From positions 10,726,001 through 10,790,000 of the forward strand of contig OZ176051.1 in the NCBI GenBank assembly GCA_964247055.1: a stretch of DNA of 64,000 nt, read 5' to 3'. The position numbers were made by a program, and so were the translations under genes. Each line of letters starts with the position of its first letter. The stretch's first letter is position 1. Positions 48,882 through 59,718 of this stretch are shown piece after piece. The notes under the pieces were generated by a model that saw only the letters and a list, made by a program, of their open reading frames with translations, had not been told where the DNA came from and did not search any database. This stretch comes from Paragordius varius (Eukaryota > Animalia > Nematomorpha).

Positions 48882-51329
48882 GACCCATGTTCGGGTAAGT
48901 ATTTTACGTCCTTATGCTTAAATCCTTATGCTTACATCCTTATGCTTAAATCCTTATGCTTACGTCCTTATGCTTACATTTGAATAAATATCATACATTT
49001 ATCATAATTCTGCTCCTAGTTTTAAAATTTCAAAGTGGCATAACTTTAAAAATATTGCGAATTTTTGAATTCTGTAAATTGGAGGATATAAACTAAAGTA
49101 TGTTTAACAAATAATATATAGGTTTGAGTAATGTTGCTTCAATCTTACGACTCTAAAAGGGGTTTACATAACCCCTGTTAAAAATGGATAAAAACATGCA
49201 TGCAAAATCCAAAGCTAGAAGAAATATGTACACATTTTATCGAACTATATTTTTGAGATTTATATGAGTCATGGAAATCGAATGCACACTTTGTGATATA
49301 AAAAAATCTACCCAGTTTTTGAATTCTTAAAATTGGAGGATAAAAATGATATATATAACATATTATTTATAAGTTTTAGAAATTGGAATAATCTCACACA
49401 CATCTTAGTGAACTAGCTTCTTTAAAATATCTGCAACACACATGTAAAATCCTAAGTTTTTTAGAAGGTGTGTTGAACTATGATTTAAGATTTTGATGTC
49501 ATGGCGATTGAATTATCTGCGCACTTTTTACATTTTGTGGATGAAGCATTGAAGAATCTACCCATTTTATTGGATTTTTATAAAATTTTTACTATTAAAT
49601 ATATAATAATCTATATTTATATTTTTTGACAATAAATATATGATATTTGGAATTTACAATATCTTTTCAGCGTCTAAAAATCCTTTTTATCCACAGTGCA
49701 CAAAATCGGAGGCTATAAAAAATATCCTGAAGAATCAAATATATTGCATATTAGGAATATCATGGTGCTTTTGGTTTTTGGTCTAACGAATAATTTAGAG
49801 TTATATCCAATTTTGTGGTAATTGTTCCTTATCGAAAGGTTGCAAATTAGGCAAATTTATTAAAAAATTTGGTGAAATCTAAATGCTGCCCTTTAAAAAT
49901 ATTATTATATTATGACATGAACGCTATATTCAAAAACCAAAATAAAATTTACAATTTTAAGCGTAGGCTTTCAAAGTCGAAACTTTTTGGACTTCTCTAA
50001 AATAGGTCAATTTTTTAAAAAGCCTATGAGCGATAATATTTTTCATAAACTAGAATTTGACAATATAATAGGTTTTTTTTAGAAAAATTTTGGCAATCGT
50101 ATTTTATGGTGCTTTAAGATATCACAAAAACACTTTCTTTATATAATTTGATGATGTTTAACCTATCACTTCAAAATTTTGATCAGCTTTTGCTTAAAAT
50201 TTGGAGAAATATTTAAGGGTCTAAAATTTTGGTGAAGTTTAATAATTTTAAAATATTAAATTTATGAACTATTTTTAACCAAAATGAAGTTTACAATTTT
50301 AAGCGTAAACTTCAAATAAGTTTGCCTAATTACAACCTTTCGATAAGGAACAATTACCACAAAATTGGATATAACTCTAAATTATTCGTTAGACCAAAAA
50401 CCAAAAGCACCATGATATTCCTAATATGCAATATATTTGATTCTTCAGGATATTTTTTATGGCCTCCGATTTTGTGCACTGTGGATAAAAATGATTTTTA
50501 GACGCTTGCAACGTGAAAAGATATTGTAAATTCCAAATATCATATATTTATTGTCAAAAAATATAAATATATATTATATATTTAATAGTAAAAATTATAT
50601 AAAAATCCAATAAAATGGGTAGATTCTTCAATGCTTCATCCTCAAAATGTAAAAAGTGCGCAAATAATTCAATCGCCATGACATCAAAATCTAAAATTAT
50701 AGTTAAATCAACACACCTTCTAAAAAACTTAGGATTTTACATGTGTGTTGCAGATATATTTTTTAAAGAAGCTAGTTCACTAAGATGTGTATGAGATTAT
50801 TCCAATTTCTAAAACTTATAAATAATTTGTTATATATACATCATTTTTATCCTCCAATTTTAAGAATTCAAAAACTGGGTAGATTTTTTTATATCACAAA
50901 GTATGCATTCGATTTCCATGACTCATATAAATCTCAAAAATATAGTTCGATAAAATGTGTACATATTTCTTCTAACTTTGGATTTTGCATGCATGTTTTA
51001 AGATTTATCCATTTTTAACAGGGGTTATGTAAATCCCTTTTAGAGTCGTAAGATTGAAGCAACATTACTCAAACCTATATATTATTTGTTAAACATACTT
51101 TAGTTTATATCCTCCAATTTACAGAATTCAAAAATTCGCAATATTTTTAAAGTTATGCCACTTTGAAATTTTAATAAGTCTACTAGGAGCAGACTTATGA
51201 TGAATGTATGATATTTATTCAGCATAAGGACGTAAGCATAAGGATTTAAGAATAAGGATTTAAGTATAAGGATGTAAGCATAAGGATTTAAGCATAAGGA
51301 CGTAAGTAATACTTACTCGAACATGGGTC
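48882..51329. mobile_element. 2.45-kb foldback element with ~1-kb terminal inverted repeats
   Basis: Arms 48882-~49861 and ~50315-51329 are high-identity reverse complements starting GACCCATGTTCG(G/A)GTAAGTATT. Each arm has a subterminal 14-bp minisatellite CTTATGCTTA(A/C)(A/G)TC. No ORF. Confidence 0.93.
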
Positions 51330-54000
51330 AAAGTTTTTACAAATGCGAAAGCGATTATAAGATTGTAGACGAATGTACAATGGGACATAAATATAATTTA
51401 AAGGCGAAATTACGGAAAATGCGGACATCGGGCAAAATATAGTATTGATCCATTTGTAACAAAAATATTTTTGTTATTACATTTATGATATAGTAATACA
51501 CAATGTCCTATAAGGCGTCGTGTCGTGTTAATCTAATCAAAGCTGATTTATAATAAAAAATCGTGTTTATTAAATATATCATATGGGAAAAGAGTTTTTT
51601 TAAAGGATATTTGTTACTTTGCGCAAATATAAATTATAATTATTTTGACCTTATTGAAGCCATAACGGCTTCAAACATAAACCTCCTGGAATCAGAATCT
51701 TTATCTTTAGATTTGGGCAACGGTTTCAATGGGTCGCAATCACCTGCACAATTTATTAAAAATTTAGTATGAAATGTGTAATAGGGGTAAATATATATTT
51801 TTACTTTAAAAATCATTTCTCTACAAATCATAATGATTGTAAAGGTTATTATTTTCAAACATCCAAGTAACGATTTGGAATCTTTTATTTACGCAACAGT
51901 TTTAAACATCTAAAAACAAATTATGGGAATTGGAATTCAAATGGGTCTATGCGTATTATTGAAAGGTGAAGGCTCAGCCTTTGATCGGCATATTTATTAA
52001 GGAAAAGACTTATTTACATGATGATTTTACACTTTTTACTAAATGTAGTTTTAAAAAGCCACTTGGTGGTACCTCTATTTTTGTAAACACCTCAGAATAA
52101 TCCATTGAATTCAAATTAATTTATGTTTTTCTTACAATAGTTTAACAGAAATGTAGGTTTAAATATTTATCGTATTCTTGCAATGTGATTATTTATTATA
52201 ATGGCATGCATTAGAATACATTTTATTAAAGCTACACGGTGACATTTTCACGTTTAATCATATTATTAATAAATTGCTTAATCATATTTTAGGAGATGAA
52301 ATGTTTCTTCACCAGCTAGAAAATACAGGCTGATGAAACAACTTGTCGAAATAGATGAATTGGTGCAATTGTTGTATGATTTCATAGAAACTTACAAGTA
52401 GTCATTTTGTAAAAAAATTCTCTTTTAACATAATCTAAATCGTTTTTTTTGTTATTTATTTTAGAGGCGGCCAGCTCCAATTATTTCCTCCATTCATGGC
52501 AAGAATAATAGCGTAAACGTAAACAATGTAACATTGGCACCTCTTAAAAGCATTTTTCGTAACAAGGAGTCCCGTTAAACAAACGCACTTTTTTGAATGA
52601 AAATATATGGATAAAATAAAAAGCATCTCTTAATCCCAATCGAAAATGTGATAAATGATAACTTTCTCCAATTACACAATAAATTAAAGAAGTCAAAACC
52701 CCAAATTTTAATTCATATATAAGCAGACAAATTGAGATATAAAATATTAATCAAAATTTTAACCCAATTAAGATATCAATCAATATTATGCTTATTCATC
52801 CGCTTTAGAAAAGATAAAATATCCCTTTATGAAGAATTTTAAAGATGTCGTGAACAATGAAAAAAATGATAGTCAATTTAATTTTGGTAGAAAAGATGTG
52901 ACTTTAACTATTAATTTGTGCTTTCGAGATGCGTTTAAGGATTGGTGATTGGAATATGTATTAAATATTGAAAATACATAAATATATAATAAAAATATAT
53001 TGTATTTATGAATCTCTGTTCATAGGCGATTATATATTTTTATGCTTTCTGCTTAAATCTGCATGACCCGTTGCGATATCCCAATAAATAATATTGTTTT
53101 AAAAAAATATTTATACGTTTGTCGTGTTTATTGTAATTAGCCTTATGATTTCATACGATACTTTTTTTCATTTTTCATGGCGGATAGATTTTTCTAGGAT
53201 TTTGCTGTAAATGTTATATCAACGGCAAAACATAAGTTCTCGATAGTTAATCTTTGCCGGCAAAATAAAAAAAGTTCTTTTTTATTTGGACCGGTTTCAT
53301 TTTGTTCTTTATTACAATTTTATTATAAAAATATTACCAAAATCAACGATTGTATTTAAAATTAGTTAATACTTTGACATTTTAGTGTAGATACAAAAAT
53401 GGCATAAACCTGTGTAAGTTATCATATTTTACCTTTCCCAAAGTTACATTACCCCAGAAATTTATTTCAATAATTAAATAGATTAACTTAAATAATAATG
53501 CCTGTGATTTTCTTTAAATGTTTAAGCACGATACGCTGAAAAGAATTGAGGACGAGAAAAAAAATCTATTCTTGAAAAGTCATTATCAAATAACATGTTA
53601 AAAATAAGATGGTCATTCGATTTTGATGCTAAAACAGAATTTTGTCATACAATTAACTATAATAAATTTTTTTGGTGCTACTTTCTTTTAAAGATTACAC
53701 TGACACAACTTTTTCTGGATCTTAAATTTTTAATATTTTCTGTTCCTTATGGTATTTTGATCAGATATATATAAAAAAATATTTTACTTATCGAGCTCGT
53801 TTTAAGATATGGGACTTTTTCCAAATTTGGACATTTCCAATATTTTCTCGTTTGTAAATGTTTTTACTTAGATAAACAAATAATATGTGGTTTATAATCT
53901 TTTTATTTAAGATCATCAATTTGTAAAAAAATTAACTTAAAATATCCAATATATTTTGTTTTAGGGAACAAAACCCTCAAAAATTGGGTAAGTTAACATA

Positions 54001-55420
54001 TCTGGTGCCGGAAAACCGGTAGACCCATTCAAATCCAAACATCTTAAAAATATAATCATTAATGAATGCCCCGACAATAGATTCGCCTTTTTTTGACTTA
54101 GGCCCCCAGTTCGGGTTCACCCCGTGAAAAAATGCGTTTTTTTTGTAAACAGAATTCTACAAAAATCGTGTCTTTGAGACAATTTTCTGGAGAACGTGTT
54201 GTACCATTCAATTTCATAGATGATTTTTGTTTTCTTATTTTCAATTGCGCCGAACATAGTCGTCTCGCTTTTTTATAGGCCCTCTTTTTACCCGCTCCCC
54301 CCGTAAAATGCCATTTTTTAAAAAAAAAACAAAGTCCACAAAAATAATTTTTTGATTCTATTTTTCGGCAAAGGTATGAGATCGTAAAAATTGATTAAGG
54401 ATTCCAGGTATTCCCTGTTAAAAGACAATAATTTTAGTCAAGCGTTTCTTTGATGATAGCTGCTGAGTAAAGAGCTACCCGCAAAAAAGTGCGTCATATC
54501 AAAATAGCCTCTTTTGTGGCTAGATTTCAGAAAATCTCTCAGGGCATATGAGTTCAATAGCTACTTAAAGTTTTCCCCGTAAAAAGTCAAAAATTTTGGT
54601 CGAGCGGATTTTTGCAAATTAGCCGTTAAATAGGGCCTTTACGCCTTAAAAATGCGCTATCATTGAATGATTCTTTAATTTTGAGGCAATTTTTCCAAAA
54701 ACTAATAAGATTCAATCATAATTCCAGGTATTCTCCGTATAAAGGCAAAAATTTTAATTAAGCGCTTTTTTGTATCAGCCTCTGGGTAGGGAGCTACCCG
54801 CCACAAACTGCGCCACTATATAGAAATTACGTTGTTTTGGAACTATTTTAAAAAAAACTTATGCCATATGAGCTCATTTAAAGTTCGAAATATTACCTGT
54901 AACTAGGTAAAAATTAAGGTCAGGCCTTTTTTAATTAGCCGTTAATTTGGGGCCTTTATGCCCTAAAAATACCCCATCATCAAGATTATTTAGTGTTGAG
55001 GTATTTTTCGAATAACCCATGAGACGATGGTGTCAGCGCTTTTCCACATAGACCTATGAGTAGGGGTCTACCGGTTTAAAACTGAGACTCCATACAAAAA
55101 TGGCGTGGCTTTGGAGATAATTTTCAAATAAAGAGCCATACGAGTTCAATAAAAGCTTTGTATATTACGCATAAAAGGTAAAAATAATAGTATAGCGGTT
55201 TTTTCCGTTAGCCGTCAATTTGCGGCCTTTACACCAGTAAACAATTTATTAGTATGAATGCAACATTTCGAAAATCCTATGAGATCATAGCTATTAAATA
55301 ATGTTTCGAAATAATCCACATATATGAATCATTTTATTGATCCCTTTTTCAAATAGCCTCCCCCACCCAGAAGTCCGAAGGACTTCCTCGGGCTGCGTAG
55401 CAGCACGAGATTTACGCTAG
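54001..55420 (+). mobile_element. Non-autonomous Helitron
   Basis: 5' A|TC at 54000/54001. The 3' end has a GC-rich hairpin CGGGCTGC-GTA-GCAGCACG, 9 nt, then CTAG|T, with no TSD. Homology to the 59.5 kb copy is interrupted at this point. Internal ~270-320 bp degenerate tandem units. Confidence 0.75.
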
Positions 55421-55475
55421 TATTAATTAAAATAAACTTTTAATATAAAACATGTTCTGAGTATATATACAAACT

Positions 55476-55564
55476 GACAGTGTTTACCCGTGTTCATTAT
55501 GTGCTGATGAGTCCACAACAAGGACGAAACGCGTCTCACACTATGACACGTGGTAAACACTGTC
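55476..55564 (+). ncRNA. Type I hammerhead ribozyme, copy 1
   Basis: CTGATGA-GTCC(ACAACAA)GGAC-GAAA-CGCG-TC: complete conserved core, 4-bp stem II, palindromic ACGCGT stem III, closed by a 12-bp outer stem GACAGTGTTTAC/GTAAACACTGTC. Confidence 0.85.
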
Positions 55565-57804
55565 CTCTTATTTTCGTTTTATAAGGCGACCTATTGCTTG
55601 ATAGGAAGTTTTGACTTCTAATAGCAAACGTAGGCTAGGTAATAATTTCTATAGCATGTTTTATATTTAATATAAAGATGGCGTATGATTAACAAATATT
55701 TTATTTAATTAAATGTTTTTGGATGTTAAAAATGTAAATTTAATTATATGTTTTTGGATGTTAATAATGTTTACAAGAATTAATTTAGCAAACGTATAAA
55801 TATATTTCTTTCAAACACCACATCGTTCAAAAGACTCGTCACCTAAAATTAAATGTATAATACCTGCAGCCCTATCAAAACTCCGGGGTTAATTTTTGGG
55901 GGCCATATACTAATTCAGAATTAATGAGTCCAAGCTTCGCCATTTTTATCAAAACTACACAAAAATGTTTTGGCTAGTCCAAGTAGAGTGTGCATTGGCG
56001 GCAAAACAGATTTAATAGCCGATATTAATGGAAAAATCTAATTCTTGGGCCCAACTCCATATTTTCTTAACGGCCAATTTTTTTGTGTAGGGATTCTCGG
56101 TGTCACACAGGAGGCAAAAAAATTTTGGAAACCTTTTTTGTATTCCAAAAAATATTCCCATGACCTATGAAAAATATAAAAATTTTTAAAACTTTATAAG
56201 CCCCTGTAACATGACAATAATGATTTCCGTATTCCACCAGTTTGAAATGTTTTTAAAACCTCATATTCTTCCTTATAAAAACGATAAGCTATCAAAATTG
56301 GGGAGAATCTTTCAAACTTTCTCAAAATTTCAAATATTGTATATCTGTCCAGAAACTATAAAATAAAACAAAACTTTAGGAATTTTTATATTTTATGTAT
56401 GTGTTAAACAAATATACCATTTTTCATGCAAAAACATCATTTTTTAACCAAAGGCAACATTTTTTTAACCAAAGGCAACATTTTTTTAACCAACATAACA
56501 TTTTGTCAACCAAATGCAACATTTTTTCAAGCAAAAACAACAATTTTTTTAAAATCAAAAAAGAATTCTTTTATTTTAGGACGATTGGGTTTATATAATT
56601 TTAAGCTACTATAATAAAATTAGCGTTGAATTATGATTTTTATTGTATTATCATCAATATTTGATGATAAATTGATTGATTTTCAAACATTTTAATTTTG
56701 CCCATAAATTGCATTATTTATTTACATAATTATTTTTTTCTTTTCAACTTAAGTTTCACCTAATCAATCTATAAAATTTGCGCTTTAAGAATGTCTTTGA
56801 AAGTTTAAAGTTATCCTTTACTTAAAATTCCTTTATTTTTTGCAGTTTGCATACAACCGTTATTTTAGTATGTAATCTATTTTTCTAAAATTTAAACTAA
56901 TATCTTTATTTATTAATGTTTCGAACTAATTTTTTTAATTATTAATATTAAATTATTAACGTTTTAAACTAAATATTATAATCAATAACCCACAAAACCT
57001 ATATATTTTTTAATAGAGTTGATTTTTAATGCAAATGTAATACGGTTCTTGTGAAAGAAATGGTTTTCACTTAAAAGTTTAGGGTTAAATTAAGAAAATA
57101 GGTTTAAAATAGGATGGATAAATATTTTATTGCTTTATCAAATAATAGAATCAAAAATAAAATACTGAAGGACCAACTTAAAGTGTTCTAGGACCAACTT
57201 TAAATTTACTAGAACAATCTTGATGCAAATTGATATATGTATTAGGTAAAACTGTTGTGAAAGAAAAAACTAATATAAATAAATATCGCAATTTATGGGC
57301 AAAATTAAAATGTTTTTATTAACCAATAAATATCGATGATAAAAAAATAATAATCATAATTCTACGTACGCTAAAATTAAATAACATTTAATTATAATTT
57401 TATATGTCATAAAATAAATATGGTTTTTAAAAAATGTTGCATTTGCTTGAAAAATGTTGTCTTTGCTGGAAAACAATGTTGTGTTTGCTTGAAATAATGT
57501 TGTATTTGGTTAAAAAAATGACGTTTTTGCATGAAAAACTGTATAGGTATATACTCAAAAATTTTAATAATAAAGAATTTAGTATATACTTCTGAGTGAA
57601 TTTTTGCTTTTTTTATATAAATAAAAACAGCAAAAAAGGTGTAAAAGTATTTATTTTCAAAATAGAAGTCAACAAAGCTATTACACAATGATATTTTTAT
57701 TTAAACAAACATTATTAAGGTTAAAATTTAAGGATTCCATACGTGAATGACAATACAAGAATTAATTTGTATGAATATATTATTAACAAATAAAAAATTT
57801 ATTA

Positions 57805-57852
57805 ATAAAACTTATATTTCGATCATGTTAGCATGATCTTGATCACAGTGGT
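57805..57852 (-). ncRNA. Candidate minimal hammerhead ribozyme with G3:C8 covariation, downstream of the PLE stop codon
   Basis: Minus strand reads CCACT-GTGATCA-A-GATCATG(CTAA)CATGATC-GAAA-TATA-AGT: perfect 7-bp stem II, GAAA, palindromic ATAT stem III and a weak 3-bp stem I. Confidence 0.55.
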
Positions 57853-58120
57853 GAGAATGAATATGAACTACCATATATACCAGTAAAAAACAATTATAGG
57901 ATTAAAAGATTCTGGAAAAAATTAATACATAATTAAGTGAGTGTAATGGATTGTTTGAAGTTGTAAATATTATATTATATAATAAAGAGTGATTATTTGT
58001 GTTGTTGTTACTGTAAGACATAAGTCCATATTGATGATAGATTATATCCATCCGCTCTGTTAAGTAGAGCATTATTTTTTTTAAATTTCACTTGCTTCTA
58101 ATATTAATCGTTTAAAGGGG

Positions 58121-58689
58121 TTGTTAATGTTGTGTAGATGTTGTTTACTAAGGTCGATTCCGACTAACTGCAACATTGAAAATAAAGCTTCTCCATTCAC
58201 TGCGATTTCCGGTTTTGGTGTTTAGTTCGGATAATGATTGGTTGGTTTCTTTGAGGATGTTATCCATCCAACGAGTTCGTCCTCTCCCTCTTTTTCGGGC
58301 ACCACTAACTTTCCCCAGCATCAATGATTTTTCAAGTGATTTGGATCTCATAATGTGCCCGAAGAAGGAGAGTTTTTGCCGTGTTAAGCTGCCAAGAAGT
58401 GACATTTCTGGGTTAATTTTATTTAGAATGGTGGTGTTTGAAACTTTGTCTGTCCGTTTTGTTTGAAGAGGTTTCCTCCTAACCCAAATTCGAAAGAGTT
58501 CATTAGACGTTCGTCATATTTTTTCAGTGTCCAGCTTTCCCCCCCCCCCCATACATGAATGTGGGGAAAACTGTAGCTTTGATTAATCTGATTTTGGTTT
58601 GTAGTTTAATGTCATGTGACATCCAAATCCTGTTATATTTAAAAGTTACTGCTTTAGCAATAGCAAATCTTCGCTTTATTTCAGAGTTT
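58121..58689 (-). mobile_element. 5'-truncated RTE-clade LINE
   Basis: NSEIKRRFAIAK..IWMSHDIKLQTKIRLIKATVFPTFMYG, ESWTLKKYDERLMNSFE, LTRQKLSFFGHIMRSKSLEKSLMLGKVSGARKRGRGRTRWMD, stop, then a short CAA-rich tail. Confidence 0.92.
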
Positions 58690-59624
58690 TAATTATTTGG
58701 TGGCCTTCGTTGCAGATGTGTTCTGCTAGGCCGGTTGGTGTTTTTTTAATCTAATATTAATGGACCTGCTTGTCTCGCCTACATAAACCTCATTGCAAGA
58801 GCAAGTTGCCATACATATCCCGGGTAATTTGTCTCGAGAAATTGGATTTTTAACTTTTATAAAATTTATTAGTTTTTTGTAAGGTGTGTATACTGACCGA
58901 ATATTAAATTTATTTAAGATTTTGCCAATTTTGAATGTAAGGTAAAATGGCTCTCGCCACAAATGTATTATTATATTTACCTATTGTTTTATTGTGTATT
59001 TTATCAAAAGATCTTTTGAGTAACCATTAAGTTCAAATGCATTTTTAAGTGTATTGATTTCTGACTTGAGTGAGGTTGGATCACATAAATTGTAAGCTCG
59101 TAACCCTAATCCATCTGAAAAGAATTGAACGAGAAAAAAAATGTAATCTTATTTTTGAAAAGTCATTATCAAATAACATATTAAAAATAAGATGGTCATT
59201 CGATTTTGATGGTAAAACAGAATTTTTTGTCATACAATTAACTATAAGGACACAACTTTTTCTGGATCTTAAATTTTTAATATTTTCTGTTACTTATGGT
59301 ATTTTAATCAGATATATATAAAAAATATTTTACTTATCGAGCTTGTTTTGAGATATGGGACTTTTTCCAAATTTGGACATTTCCAATATTTTCTCGTTTG
59401 TAAATGTTTTTATTAGGCAAACATCTGTGGCTTATAATAGTGTTTTAATTAAATAACACCAATTTGTCTTCAAAATAAAAAAATTAACTCAAAATATCCA
59501 ATACATTTTGCTAGGGAACAAAAACCCTCAAAAATTGGGTAAGTTAACATTTTTTGACACTATCATCACATTAAATAAAAACAAATTTTTAATATAAAAC
59601 ATGTTCTTAGTGCATATACAAACT

Positions 59625-59718
59625 GACAGTGTTTACACGTGTTCATTATGTGTGGCTGATGAGTCCACAACAAGGACGAAACGCATCTCACACTATGACA
59701 CGAAGGTAAAACACTGTC
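59625..59718 (+). ncRNA. Type I hammerhead ribozyme, copy 2
   Basis: GTGTGG-CTGATGA-GTCC(ACAACAA)GGAC-GAAA-CGCA-TC-TCACAC: 6-bp stem I GTGTGG/TCACAC, intact core, same outer stem as copy 1. Confidence 0.85.

Larger units (their letters stand above)
53537..57720. mobile_element. Rearranged duplicate of the 59.1-63.2 kb long-TIR element
   Basis: 53537-54000 matches 59116-59550 directly and is followed by a Helitron and the hammerhead module. 55805-57720 is then the reverse complement of 60104-61931 and includes the decayed transposase on the minus strand. Confidence 0.8.
57720..58960 (-). mobile_element. Penelope-like element 3' fragment (GIY-YIG endonuclease domain plus 3' region), split by an RTE insertion
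   Basis: KILNKFNIRSVYTP, CSCNEVYVGETSRSINIRLKKHQ and LAEHICNEGHQII (58960-58690). It resumes as KRLILEASEI..NALLNRADGYNLSSIW, stop at ~58010; all are typical PLE C-terminal motifs. Confidence 0.88.

Noticed and set aside
52293-52300. In-frame TGA as possible selenocysteine
   Set aside because: No SECIS or selenoprotein motif seen; alternative acceptors downstream avoid the TGA.
52315-52360. CTGATGA...GAAA hammerhead-like string
   Set aside because: Stem II has a mismatched closing pair, no stem I can form, and the region reads better as protein-coding.
56395-57688. ORFs with FFNQRQH-type repeats
   Set aside because: Translations of short AT-rich tandem repeats inside the transposon arm.
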